A stretch of 64,000 nt of DNA from an uncultured Candidatus Saccharibacteria bacterium. Lineage in GTDB: Bacteria; Patescibacteriota; Minisyncoccia; UBA6257; 2-01-FULL-56-20. Shown here piece after piece: positions 19,330 through 29,526 of the stretch (positions are counted from its first letter, which is position 1; every line of letters starts with the position of its first letter). The translations under genes and the position numbers were made by a program. Where the stretch lies: contig CAYHXC010000007.1 in the NCBI GenBank assembly GCA_964360585.1, positions 3,867 through 67,866 on the forward strand, given 5' to 3'. Under the pieces are notes generated by a model, which saw nothing but the letters and a program-made list of their open reading frames with translations, was not told the origin of the DNA and searched no databases.

Positions 19330-21828
19330 ATGAATAATACCAATTTTTTCGGTGGTCTTATAAATCAACAAAATCTGAAAAGGCTCGTTCTTTTCACCGC
19401 CCTTTTCGGCCTTTTTCTCGCCCTTGGCGCTAATTACGCGCGACACAATACCGGCACCGACTCACTCGTAAACGTGAGTTCCGCGGGGTGGGCGCCGCTC
19501 CTCAAGGGCTCCTATGACGCTCCTTCTACGCCTAATGCCAATGATGTTTTTGTCGAGGGAAACTACGAGTACGTTGTCACAGATAATAATACGAGTGGTG
19601 TTAATCCACCACATGAGTTCTATGTGATCGACGTTTCGAACCCGGGCGCTCCGTTCCGGGTTGGATCAGTTGAAATAGGCGGCGATGTGAGGAGCGTGGC
19701 GGTCAGCGGCAACTATGCCTATCTAGCTACCACTCTGGATACGCGGGAACTGGTCGTTATAAACATAAGTAGTAAATCGAACCCAACTATTGCTGGTTGG
19801 TACGATGCTGATCCCGGAGAGGGGCCAAATGGTCTGGCGGTCAGTGTTTCTGGGACGACCGTCTATCTGGGCACGATGAATAATGGCGGGGCTGGCGACA
19901 ACGAGTTTTATGTTTTAAACACCGCGAATCCATCAGCTATTACGCTCGTAGATGCTCTGGATGTTGATAATGACGTGAACGACATTAAGATCGCCCAAAA
20001 TTATGCCTATCTGGCTACCAGTCACAATACTAAGGAGTTGCTTCGCGTGAATATTCAAAATCCGGCCAACGTATTTGAGGCTGGCGCCTACGACACTCCT
20101 GGGGCCGCTGACGCGACTGGGGTAGATTACCGCTGGGGGCGGGTATTCTTGGGAACTGCTAATAATCAGTCCTCACCAGACTTTTTTGTCATCAATGCTT
20201 CCAGTTCAGCGCCGATGACGTTGGTTGGCTCGGTTGATTTGGGCAGTAATAATAACAAAGTGGTAGCCTATCGAGATAAGGTCTATATTGGCACCGACAC
20301 GGACACGCGAGGACTGACTATAGTGAACGTCGCCAATCCTCAAGCGCCGCAACAAGAGTACACGTATAAATCAGCAGGCAATGTTCTCGGGATATATGTA
20401 AAAGCCCCTTATACCTATCTGGCTACGGTGAGCAGTCCTGAAGTCGAAATTGTCGACACTGAGTTTTTGATGCGTCCGAATATTATTTTTATCTACACCG
20501 ATGATCAGCGCCAGGACACAGTTCAGTATATGCCAAAATTACAGAACCATCTGATCAATAACGGCATTACATTTACTAATTCTTTCGTGACAATTCCCGT
20601 TTGCTGTCCTTCGCGAGTCGGTACACTTACGGGAAGATACGCTCATAATACCGGTGTTATCAGCAATGTTTTTCCTGATGGGGGAGCCCGTAAGTTCGCG
20701 GGTCAGGATGGTTCGACTATCGCTACCTGGTTGCAGAGTGCTGGATATCGTACCGGTATATACGGTAAGTATTTGAACCAGTACGAAACGATGTGTCCTC
20801 CGGCTGGCTGTTATGTGCCTCCTGGCTGGGACGAGTGGCACGTCTTTCGAGAAGGGAGCGCTTACTATAACTACCACTTGACGAATAACACTGGCCCCAT
20901 AAGTTCGTACGAGTGGCATGGTAGTTCTTCTGCCGATTACGCTACTGATGTCATTACTATGAAGGCTTTGAATTTCATACAAACTTCAGATGGTAAGCCC
21001 TTCTACTTATCGGTAAACTACTTTGCTCCCCACGCCACGCCATTTACCCCACCGCTCGTAGCTCCTCGACACGCCGCAAGCCTTCCGAATTTCCAACCAA
21101 TTCACGGTCCCGCCTGGAACGAGGAAGATGTTTCTGATAAACCCTCTTTTTACGCTGATCGAGAGACTGCCGATGCGCCTTATGTACCACCATATACGCG
21201 TGGGGAGTGGTCCGATCTCTCTCAAAAAGCCGTAGCTCAATCACTTCAGGCGGTTGATGATGGGGTGGCAATTCTTCGATCGTATTTAAGCGCGATCGGG
21301 GAACTTGACGATACTGTTCTTGTCTACACCTCTGATAATGGCTTTATGGTTGGAGAGCATCGGCGTTTTGATGGCAAAGAATGTCCTCACGAAGAGTGTA
21401 TCCGAGTGCCCCTCATCATTAGCTACCCGCGGCTCATCGCTTCGCCCCGAGTCGAAAATCGGATGGCCTTGAATATTGATCTCGCTCCGACTTTTGCCGA
21501 CCTGGCTGGCATCACCCCCCCCTCTCCAGTTGACGGCTTGAGTTTAGAACCGATTCTTAAAAATCAGTCACCTTCATGGCGTACCGATTTTCTTATAGAG
21601 TTGTTGAGTCCTCTGGATTCTCAATGGGAGCCACCATTTACTGGAGTTCGCACCACCCAGTGGAAGTACATTCAGTCAACGAGCACCACCTCTTCAAGCA
21701 CGACCGAAGAAGCGCTCTATGATCTTCTGAACGATCCCTACGAGCTACAGAGTCAAGCCAGTAATCCGGCGTATGACTCGATCAAACAAACGCTCAAGGC
21801 TCGATTAGAAGTGCTCCGAGGGGAGTAG
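19330..21828 (+). CDS. secreted LVIVD-repeat + sulfatase fusion
   Basis: LVIVD-like repeats, then PNIIFIYTDDQ, CCPSR, YTSDNG. Confidence 0.9.
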   Translation: MNNTNFFGGLINQQNLKRLVLFTALFGLFLALGANYARHNTGTDSLVNVSSAGWAPLLKGSYDAPSTPNANDVFVEGNYEYVVTDNNTSGVNPPHEFYVIDVSNPGAPFRVGSVEIGGDVRSVAVSGNYAYLATTLDTRELVVINISSKSNPTIAGWYDADPGEGPNGLAVSVSGTTVYLGTMNNGGAGDNEFYVLNTANPSAITLVDALDVDNDVNDIKIAQNYAYLATSHNTKELLRVNIQNPANVFEAGAYDTPGAADATGVDYRWGRVFLGTANNQSSPDFFVINASSSAPMTLVGSVDLGSNNNKVVAYRDKVYIGTDTDTRGLTIVNVANPQAPQQEYTYKSAGNVLGIYVKAPYTYLATVSSPEVEIVDTEFLMRPNIIFIYTDDQRQDTVQYMPKLQNHLINNGITFTNSFVTIPVCCPSRVGTLTGRYAHNTGVISNVFPDGGARKFAGQDGSTIATWLQSAGYRTGIYGKYLNQYETMCPPAGCYVPPGWDEWHVFREGSAYYNYHLTNNTGPISSYEWHGSSSADYATDVITMKALNFIQTSDGKPFYLSVNYFAPHATPFTPPLVAPRHAASLPNFQPIHGPAWNEEDVSDKPSFYADRETADAPYVPPYTRGEWSDLSQKAVAQSLQAVDDGVAILRSYLSAIGELDDTVLVYTSDNGFMVGEHRRFDGKECPHEECIRVPLIISYPRLIASPRVENRMALNIDLAPTFADLAGITPPSPVDGLSLEPILKNQSPSWRTDFLIELLSPLDSQWEPPFTGVRTTQWKYIQSTSTTSSSTTEEALYDLLNDPYELQSQASNPAYDSIKQTLKARLEVLRGE

Positions 21829-21921
21829 TAAGGAGGTTTTTTGAATCCGGGTATTTGTTATAAACCTTATCCACAGGAAAAAAAGAGTAATAATGGTATA
21901 TAATAAATATACGTAGCACAA

Positions 21922-22872
21922 ATGCACACGCATACCATCCAAAAGCTAAGTCTTTTTTTACCGGCTTCGATATTTTTTTTAGGAGTCTTTCTCATCGCCC
22001 GAACCGTTTTTGGAGCTGGATCAACTCAAGACCTTTCAAGTCTCGTAACCATTGGGAACTCTGCCCCAACGGTTTCGGCAGTCACCATTAATAGCGGTAA
22101 CGATATCGTCCTTACTCCCAACGCTACAACGACGGTGTATGTTAACTTTACGGTTCAGGATGCAAATGGTTGTAATGACGTTTTTTTAAATGGCACGGTA
22201 ACGTCAACTATTTTCCGAACTGGAGTCGGATCTGCTTGCTCGGCGAGCGACCGGAACTGTTACATTGTGAGTACATCGACTAATAGCTGTAGCGGAAACG
22301 CTTCTACCTCGCTTGCGACCACAACTTTCTACGTGTATTATTTTGCCGACTCCACGACCAACACGACGACTGCCAGCTCTAGCTTCCCTTCGGACCACTG
22401 GACTGGTTTTGCCTGGGCTAAGGATGCCTCTCTGGCCAGTTCTTCCGCGACTTCGACCGCCACCGTGGAGATGAGCGTACTCACTGCCTTGAATGTAACG
22501 ACTTCCTCCATTAACTATGGAACATTGTCAGCCGGTCAAGATACGGGAGCTACGAACCAATTCGCCACAACAACAAATGCCGGTAACTCGACCACTACGC
22601 TTCGACTGCATGCAGTAGCAACACTAACTGCGGGAGCTAATTCCATTACAACGAGTTCACAAGCATTTTCAACGTCTAGTTTCACGTATGCGGGCACAAG
22701 CACTGCCTTGACTGCCTCGGCTGTAACGGTCAGTGGTTTTCTCTTGACCATTCCGACCACCACAACGAACGTATCCCGAGCAACGTACTGGGGCTTAACA
22801 GTGCCTTTCGGGCAAGCCACTGGGAGCTACTCCGGCACGACTCGTTTCACGGCATTATATCAGGAGAATTAG
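21922..22872 (+). CDS. secreted Ser/Thr-rich surface protein, paralogous to C-terminal region of the 1605-aa protein
   Basis: signal peptide; shared IN(S/N)G.DI.LTP.TT, NYGT..AGQ.TG.TNQ, YWGL.VP.G...G.YSGT..FTA. Confidence 0.8.
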   Translation: MHTHTIQKLSLFLPASIFFLGVFLIARTVFGAGSTQDLSSLVTIGNSAPTVSAVTINSGNDIVLTPNATTTVYVNFTVQDANGCNDVFLNGTVTSTIFRTGVGSACSASDRNCYIVSTSTNSCSGNASTSLATTTFYVYYFADSTTNTTTASSSFPSDHWTGFAWAKDASLASSSATSTATVEMSVLTALNVTTSSINYGTLSAGQDTGATNQFATTTNAGNSTTTLRLHAVATLTAGANSITTSSQAFSTSSFTYAGTSTALTASAVTVSGFLLTIPTTTTNVSRATYWGLTVPFGQATGSYSGTTRFTALYQEN

Positions 22873-22883
22873 CAGTGTATTGC

Positions 22884-23051
22884 CTAGAACCCATCTCAAA
22901 AATAGAATCACGCAGTCTTCCGGCTAGATTCGGCTATAAACCCACCCGACCCTCCTTGAAATACCATAGGGTATTCCTGTCTCGGGTCGGATGGTTCTCG
23001 CTCGAATCTATCACGGAATACCCCTGTGCCTATTTTTGAGATGGGTTCTAG
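22884..23051. mobile_element. 168-bp hairpin MITE-like element, copy 2
   Basis: matches copy 1. Confidence 0.85.
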
Positions 23052-23090
23052 GAAGAGTCGCTAAAAAATGCTATAATTTTCCCCAGAGTT

Positions 23091-24026
23091 ATGGACAGCT
23101 TTTATGATTTTTTGAAGAAAAGGGGCAAGATTCACACTGCTCTTTTTTCTTTCTTGGTGTGCGGCGCTTTACTTGTCCCCCAGGTTAGTTTTGGCGCGTT
23201 TGGAGCCTCGCCGCCGGTCTTAAACGCTACGCGATTGGTTCCTGGAATAAAATACCAACAGATTATTTATCTCGCGCGCGATAATGCCGAGAATGATTTG
23301 GTCATATCCGCCGACTTGGACGTTCCAGACACTATTAAGGAGTGGGTGCGTATTGAGCAGGGTAGTCAGTTCATTATCCCTCGCGATGTGCGGCAGTTCC
23401 CGATAACCGTCTTGATTGATGTCCCGAGTAGCGCCGGGCTCGGTATTTATAACGGCCGAGTAACTTTTTCCAGCGTTCCGAATAAAGAAGGCCAACAGGT
23501 GGCTATCTCTTTGGGCATAGAAATTCCTTTGAATCTCACGGTGGGTGATAATATCTCTCGAGAAGTTAAAGTCCGCTTGATTAAGTTGCTCGATATCGAA
23601 GAAGGTTGGGACCCCCGGGTATACGTTAAATTTGAGAATCTGGGGAATATCTCTGAAAAGTTCGATTCAGCAAACTATGAGCTTCTCGATAATTATGGCA
23701 ATGTTCGCCTTGCTTTTGCTCAAAAAACCGAAGACTTCCCAGAAACCCCGGCATTTTCTACCAACGAATATACAATTGACTTCCCCATGGATTTCCATTT
23801 GGGTGTAGGCCAGTATTGGGCAGTGGTTAATTTTTATCAGGAAGGTAAGGTGATCGGCAGTCAAAAAACTATTTTTAATGTTTTGAAGAGGGGATCGCTA
23901 TCCAGTCCGGCCGGACAGCTGTGGCAAGTATTGCGGCTTCAGGAGTTCTGGATGTTCTATCTCGGAGGGCTCGTTCTTATCATTCTCTACTTTTTACGCC
24001 GGAGGTTTTTTAGAAAATCTGTTTAA
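23091..24026 (+). CDS. secreted Ig-like protein with C-terminal TM (DUF916/WxL-interacting-like)
   Basis: signal peptide, V.FEN.GN motif, C-terminal TM plus basic tail; family call tentative. Confidence 0.6.
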   Translation: MDSFYDFLKKRGKIHTALFSFLVCGALLVPQVSFGAFGASPPVLNATRLVPGIKYQQIIYLARDNAENDLVISADLDVPDTIKEWVRIEQGSQFIIPRDVRQFPITVLIDVPSSAGLGIYNGRVTFSSVPNKEGQQVAISLGIEIPLNLTVGDNISREVKVRLIKLLDIEEGWDPRVYVKFENLGNISEKFDSANYELLDNYGNVRLAFAQKTEDFPETPAFSTNEYTIDFPMDFHLGVGQYWAVVNFYQEGKVIGSQKTIFNVLKRGSLSSPAGQLWQVLRLQEFWMFYLGGLVLIILYFLRRRFFRKSV

Positions 24027-24029
24027 TGC

Positions 24030-25226
24030 ATGATCCCAATCAAAAAGCTTTTTACCGGAGTACTCCTTCTTGCTCAGACTCTCACTGCCTCGGCCGCTGA
24101 TATTTCGACCGTAGTAACAATCACTGTCACTCCTTCGCCGCCAAGCAGTCTCGGCGCTTCAGTGGTTTCCAGTAGTCAGATTACGTTGTCCTGGACGGAT
24201 AATTCGAACAATGAGGATGGGTTTTCTGTTGAACGGAAGACGGGGGTCGGTGGCACGTATGCGGAGATAGCTACGACCAGTCTTGGCGTGGCGACATATG
24301 CCGACAGTGGTCTTTCTGCGAGTACACTCTACTACTACCGTGTGGCGGCCTTTAGCGTAGACGGAAACTCTGCCTACAGTAACGAAGCCTCATCAACGAC
24401 GAGTAATGGGAGTAGTCCTCCACCAAATACTGGCGGAGGTGGCGGGGGAGGGGGGGGCGGGGGCGGAGGAGGTGGTAGTCCATCCGCACCGATTACCGCC
24501 GTAGTTTTTAAGGGGAGGGCCTACCCCTTGAGCCAAGTAAGCATCTTAAAAGATGGCCAACTGGCAGTGAGAACAATCGCTGGACCAGATAGTAAGTTCG
24601 CAGTTTCTTTGAGTAACTTATCGTCCGGAAACTACACATTTTCTGTCTACGGTGAAGATAGTAATGGTCTTCGTTCCAGCTTGTTCACGTTTCCAGTCTT
24701 CATCACCGCGGGGGTGACGACAGAAATAAGCGGGATATTTATCTCACCTACCATCACTGCGGATAAGAGTCAGGTGAAGCGGGGAGATACGATTACTATT
24801 TTTGGACAAAGCGCTCCATCCTCGTCCATTTCTATTACTATTAATTCTAAAAAAGAACTTATTGTCACGCGCCCCTCTGATGTTCAGGGTGTCTACCTGC
24901 TGAACTTGGATAGCGCGCAACTCGAACTGGGCCAGCATACCGCGCAATCGAAAGCTACTCTTGAAACTGAGGTTAGTCCCATATCCAAAACGCTGAGCTT
25001 CACTGTCGGTACAAAGAATGTAAAGGCGGAGCTCTCAAAGGGCTGTGGTCGGGCCGATCTGAACTGTGACGGTAACGTCAATCTAGTCGACTTTTCAATC
25101 GCTGCCTACTGGTACAATCGCGTCCTGGATACCAAATTTGCAGCCATTGAAGCGGAGCGATTAAATAACGATGGCAAGATTACGCTCATCGACTTTAGTA
25201 TTATGGCGTATTACTGGACCGGTTAA
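24030..25226 (+). CDS. FN3 + poly-Gly + dockerin-like surface protein
   Basis: FN3 (LSWTDNS...YYYRVAA), Gly run, paired DLNCDGNVNLVDFSI / LNNDGKITLIDFSI. Confidence 0.85.
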   Translation: MIPIKKLFTGVLLLAQTLTASAADISTVVTITVTPSPPSSLGASVVSSSQITLSWTDNSNNEDGFSVERKTGVGGTYAEIATTSLGVATYADSGLSASTLYYYRVAAFSVDGNSAYSNEASSTTSNGSSPPPNTGGGGGGGGGGGGGGGSPSAPITAVVFKGRAYPLSQVSILKDGQLAVRTIAGPDSKFAVSLSNLSSGNYTFSVYGEDSNGLRSSLFTFPVFITAGVTTEISGIFISPTITADKSQVKRGDTITIFGQSAPSSSISITINSKKELIVTRPSDVQGVYLLNLDSAQLELGQHTAQSKATLETEVSPISKTLSFTVGTKNVKAELSKGCGRADLNCDGNVNLVDFSIAAYWYNRVLDTKFAAIEAERLNNDGKITLIDFSIMAYYWTG

Positions 25227-25228
25227 TC

Positions 25229-26092
25229 ATGGCAACTTTTAAAAAAATAGTGTCCGTTTTTCTTCTCGTCTTCTGGTTTGCACCTGCCGTTTCTTTGGCG
25301 GCCCGTCTTTACACCGCTACTGAGAAGTCCACGATTACGAGCAATAATCAATTTTTAGTTGATGTCTATGTAGATTCCGACCAGTCGGTTAATGCCCTCT
25401 CGGGGTATTTAGAGTTTTCTAAAGAAATTCTTCGCGTGGTAGACATCTTTGAAGGCGATTCAATCATCAACTTTTGGATTGAACGGCCACGCCAGGGAAC
25501 GCCCGGGGTGGTTAATTTTTCCGGCATCACTCCCGGAGGGTTTACCGGAACCAAACACAAGGTATTTTCTATCGTTTTTGAGGCGGCGTACCCTGGCCAG
25601 GCTGTAGTAAAGTTCTCCGATAGTACAGCGCTGGCGAATGATGGACTGGGTAGTCAACTGCCCACTGAAGTTGCGGCTCTGTCGTTATCTATTTTGCCAA
25701 GCGACGGCACTTCTATTCAGAAGATGATGCGTGACGAAAATCCTCCCGAACCATTTAAGGCTTCTATTGAAAGTGACCCGAATATATTCGAAGGACGGTA
25801 TTTCCTCGTATTTAGCACTGAGGATAAGGGTACTGGCATTTCTCACTATGAGATCAGGGAAGGTCTCCGGGGAACCTTTAAGCGTGCAGAGAGCCCGTAT
25901 CTCTTGGAGGATCAAAGCCTTACAAAAACAATTTCCCTGAAGGCCATCGATAAGGCCGGGAATGAACAGCTCATTGTTATCGAAAAAGGAGAAAGCGTTT
26001 CGAGTGTCTGGGAAGAGTATGGCTGGTTCGCTATAATGGCTTTAATAGTTATGGTGATGACCTTGCTTCTTTTTATCTTTAAGCGCCGATGA
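25229..26092 (+). CDS. cohesin-like domain membrane-anchored protein
   Basis: signal peptide, V.VDS..VNA...L.F, SIINFW, LANDGLG, C-terminal TM. Confidence 0.75.
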   Translation: MATFKKIVSVFLLVFWFAPAVSLAARLYTATEKSTITSNNQFLVDVYVDSDQSVNALSGYLEFSKEILRVVDIFEGDSIINFWIERPRQGTPGVVNFSGITPGGFTGTKHKVFSIVFEAAYPGQAVVKFSDSTALANDGLGSQLPTEVAALSLSILPSDGTSIQKMMRDENPPEPFKASIESDPNIFEGRYFLVFSTEDKGTGISHYEIREGLRGTFKRAESPYLLEDQSLTKTISLKAIDKAGNEQLIVIEKGESVSSVWEEYGWFAIMALIVMVMTLLLFIFKRR

Positions 26093-27189
26093 ATAAGTTT
26101 TGGAAAATAGTTTTTGTTCTCCTTGTCCTCCTGGGCGCTCCTCGCGGAGCAGAGGCGGCTACGTTAGGAATGAATCCTCCGAGCGCCACGTTCGAAGTGG
26201 GCGATCGGGTGATTCTCCAGGTGCAAGTGGAAAGCGGTGTTCCAATAAATGCAGTTTCTGCTATCGTTTCGTTCCCACCGATATTTTCTATTGAATCGAT
26301 TTCTAAGTCAGACTCCATTCTCAACTTTTGGGTTTCCGAACCAAGCTTCTCGAAGAATGCGGGCACAGTTTCATTAGAAGGAGTAACGTTGGGTGGGTTC
26401 TCCGGAAAAATTGGAACAGTTCTCACGGTGCGAGCCAAAGTCGTGAAAGATGGCTCGGGTTCAATTGCATTTAAGTCCGGCCAAATTTTAGCGAATGACG
26501 GAGAAGGTACTGACATTATCTCCGGTTTCCGTACCTTCTCCTACGAGGTCAAGCCAAAAACCGGTGTTTCACCGCCTGTAGAAAAAACTGAAGAACTAGA
26601 GATTCAGCCAGAACGACCGCAAGAGCCGGCTACATTAACAGCGCCTGAGCTTATCGTGAGCCAATCGTTTGGACGTGAGGCAGTCATTGGGACTTCCCGT
26701 TATCCGCAGTCGCAAACGCTTGTGACTTTCCAATCGGCAGATGGCACAAAGATATTTCTCCAAGGGCGAACTGATGATCGGGGCGGTTTTCTCGTGTCCG
26801 TCCCCTCAGCCCTGAAGCGCGGAACCTACTCAGCTACTGCGCTGGTTATTACCCAGGAGCAACTCTACACAGCGCCATCAAATCGCGTAACAGTAATCGT
26901 TGGTAGCCCCTTCTCCGATCTGAGTCCTGAAAGTAGGCTTGTAGCTATTATTCTCCTTCTCGTCATTTTGTACTTAGGAGCAGTTCTCTTGGTATATATT
27001 CTCAAAGTTCGACGAGTAAGGGCTCGGATTCGAGAGGAGTCTCGGGAAGTGCAAGGCACTGTTCGTAAATCATTCAAATTATTAAATCAGGATATCGCTG
27101 ATGTTGCTTCGACTCGTGAAATAAAAAAAGATCTGAAGAACTCCGAAGAAACGATTCTTGAAGAAATTAAAGAAGTCGGAGACACATGA
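26089..27189 (+). CDS. cohesin-like domain membrane-anchored protein
   Basis: INAVSA, SILNFW, LANDGEG; TM followed by coiled tail. Confidence 0.75.
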   Translation: MNKFWKIVFVLLVLLGAPRGAEAATLGMNPPSATFEVGDRVILQVQVESGVPINAVSAIVSFPPIFSIESISKSDSILNFWVSEPSFSKNAGTVSLEGVTLGGFSGKIGTVLTVRAKVVKDGSGSIAFKSGQILANDGEGTDIISGFRTFSYEVKPKTGVSPPVEKTEELEIQPERPQEPATLTAPELIVSQSFGREAVIGTSRYPQSQTLVTFQSADGTKIFLQGRTDDRGGFLVSVPSALKRGTYSATALVITQEQLYTAPSNRVTVIVGSPFSDLSPESRLVAIILLLVILYLGAVLLVYILKVRRVRARIREESREVQGTVRKSFKLLNQDIADVASTREIKKDLKNSEETILEEIKEVGDT

Positions 27190-28478
27190 GAAAAATTTTC
27201 GCTGGAGTAGCATTACTCTCCTGTGTCTCGCTCATCCTCGCGGTGAGCGTCCAGGCCCAAACCATTAGTTTACAGGCCTCCTCGTTAGTGCCAGAGGTTG
27301 CTTTGCTGGTATCGCCAGGAACCGGCAGTTTTGAAGACGGCGGCACGTTCACCATTTCCATTCTCGTCGACACAAAGGGAAAGAGTGTTAACAGTCTTGA
27401 GGTTGCTCTCAGTTTTGATCCGGATAAACTATCTATTGTTGGGCCGTCCGGAGGAAAATCCATTATTGGCGTCTGGGTTGAGCCTCCGATTTACGACAAC
27501 GCTACGGGTATTGCTCGTTACGCCGGGGTTATTCCCGGCGGTATTATTACGAGCTCCGGTCTTATAAACTCTATTACTTTCAAAACCAAGCGTCCCGGTC
27601 AAACTGCCATTGTTTTAAATGCCAGCTCGAAGGTGTATTTGAATGACGGTTTTGGCACGACCGCCCGAGTGAATGTTGGGCGGGGAACGTTCACTATTCT
27701 TCCCAAACCGTCGGCTGGTGTCGTGGTTTTTTCGGAAACACATCCGGTTCAAAGGAATTGGTATAACAATAACAACCCCATCCTCTCATGGGAGCGAGAG
27801 CCAGGTGCTACGGAGTATAGTTATGTCTTAGACAACCAGCCGGGAACTATTCCGGACAACACTCCGGAGACAGAGGGGGCAACGGTGCAATCTAAAGATC
27901 TGCAGGATGGCATCTGGTATTTCCATATAAAATCGAACAAAAACGGTCTTTGGGGACAGCCCGGTGTTTTTGTGATCCAGATCGATACGGCTCCGCCGGC
28001 TGAATTTCAACCAGCCATCGACTATCTTCTGGCCGCACTTAGCTTAGTGAATCGAGCCTTGGTTTCGTATTTCACCACGGACAACTTATCGGGAATAGAT
28101 CACTATGAAGTTGGCGTCATCGACAAGACCCAGCCAACGACTGTTTCTCCGGTCTTTGAAGAAGTGGCTAGTCCGTACCAAGTACCGTTAGAGGAAGGAG
28201 GAAATGCACGAGTTTTGGTTCGGGCTTTTGACCGGGCCGGCAATGTGCGGGAAGCAGGAGTAGATATTAAAACTCCATTTTTCATAAATAATTTTCTCGA
28301 GAAATACGGACTCCTTGTGCTCATTGGTCTCCTCTCTGCTATTATCGTGCTGATGTTATTGCATTACCTTATTACGCACCATCTGCTTCGCCATGCGAAG
28401 AAAGCGCTCAGGGCATTCGAGGAAGATGCAGCGGAAGACAACAATCCTTTGCCGCCAGTACTTCCACCACAACCGTAG
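27186..28478 (+). CDS. cohesin-like domain membrane-anchored protein
   Basis: VNSLEVALSFDPDKL, SIIGVW, YLNDGFG; D..SGIDHYE; C-terminal TM. Confidence 0.75.
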   Translation: MRKIFAGVALLSCVSLILAVSVQAQTISLQASSLVPEVALLVSPGTGSFEDGGTFTISILVDTKGKSVNSLEVALSFDPDKLSIVGPSGGKSIIGVWVEPPIYDNATGIARYAGVIPGGIITSSGLINSITFKTKRPGQTAIVLNASSKVYLNDGFGTTARVNVGRGTFTILPKPSAGVVVFSETHPVQRNWYNNNNPILSWEREPGATEYSYVLDNQPGTIPDNTPETEGATVQSKDLQDGIWYFHIKSNKNGLWGQPGVFVIQIDTAPPAEFQPAIDYLLAALSLVNRALVSYFTTDNLSGIDHYEVGVIDKTQPTTVSPVFEEVASPYQVPLEEGGNARVLVRAFDRAGNVREAGVDIKTPFFINNFLEKYGLLVLIGLLSAIIVLMLLHYLITHHLLRHAKKALRAFEEDAAEDNNPLPPVLPPQP

Positions 28479-28485
28479 TTTCTGC

Positions 28486-28653
28486 CTAGAACCCATCTCA
28501 AAAATAGAATCACGCAGTCTTCCGGCTAGATTCGGCTATAAACCCACCCGACCCTCCTTGAAATACCATAGGGTATTCCTGTCTCGGGTCGGATGGTTCT
28601 CGCTCGAATCTATCACGGAATACCCCTGTGCCTATTTTTAAGATGGGTTCTAG
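28486..28653. mobile_element. 168-bp hairpin MITE-like element, copy 3
   Basis: as copy 1 with one G>A change in the right TIR. Confidence 0.85.
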
Positions 28654-29522
28654 GCAGTAGTCACTACTGGCTTGCCTGCAATCTGGAAAACTGTAATGTG
28701 AAGTTTCTGTCCTGCAATTTTTGCTCCCAGTATCTTGAGGCGATTATTGGCGGGTAAGGTGTAGGTATTCTCCTCAAGAGGTTTTTCGAGAATGGTCCAA
28801 GCTCCGGGTTCGTGTGAAAAAGCTAGGATTTTCCTAAGATTTTTTTGCGAGATTTCGAGATTGTTGCCGGCAAGCGCAATGCGGAGATCACCCTCGCTGA
28901 TTTCCGCATCGGCCGTCGTGAATTTTTTCGTCAGCGTCTTTTGAGTTTCGTCTTGAGGGGAAAGCTGTATGTTTCCTTCGAGATACTGCGGCATGGTTTT
29001 AAGAAAGATGTCGGCACCAAGTTTTGCTAGTTTTTCCTCCAGAGTTTGATAGTCGTCCTCGTCCGGCGAATAGTTTGAAAGAGCACTTGAAGCGAGAATC
29101 GGACCGTGATCAACTTTCTCGTCCATTTTATAGATTGTCACGCCAGCTGGTTCTCCCTGAAGAATAGTAGACTGAATGGGCGAAGCGCCCCGAAGACGAG
29201 GAAGAAGTGAGGGATGGATGCCAAATGTACCCTGTGGGGGCAGATCTAAGACCGCCTGCGGAATAATATGGGCGTAGGCCGCAACCAGGAAAAAATCTGC
29301 TTCGAGATTGGTGAGGATTTCAGGTGTGGGTCGTTCCGGTTGAAAGATGGGAATGGAATGGTCTTTCGCAATTTGTTTCGTGAGTGGTGGAGTCAACTCC
29401 TGTTTTCGGCCGGCTGGGCGATCTGGACTAGCCACGATTGCGAGCGGAAGTGTACCGGCGGCAATGAGTTTCTCAAGAATGATGGCGGCGAACTGCGGAC
29501 TGCCGAAAAAAACATACTTCAT
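28650..29522 (-). CDS. fmt: methionyl-tRNA formyltransferase
   Basis: FFGSPQFA, HPSLLPRLRGASPIQ, MDEKVDHGPI. Confidence 0.95.
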   Translation of the reverse strand: MKYVFFGSPQFAAIILEKLIAAGTLPLAIVASPDRPAGRKQELTPPLTKQIAKDHSIPIFQPERPTPEILTNLEADFFLVAAYAHIIPQAVLDLPPQGTFGIHPSLLPRLRGASPIQSTILQGEPAGVTIYKMDEKVDHGPILASSALSNYSPDEDDYQTLEEKLAKLGADIFLKTMPQYLEGNIQLSPQDETQKTLTKKFTTADAEISEGDLRIALAGNNLEISQKNLRKILAFSHEPGAWTILEKPLEENTYTLPANNRLKILGAKIAGQKLHITVFQIAGKPVVTTA

Positions 29523-29526
29523 AAAT

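Noticed and set aside
24432-24477. G-rich run as a G-quadruplex or phase-variable tract
   Set aside because: Explained by a poly-Gly linker in an intact reading frame.
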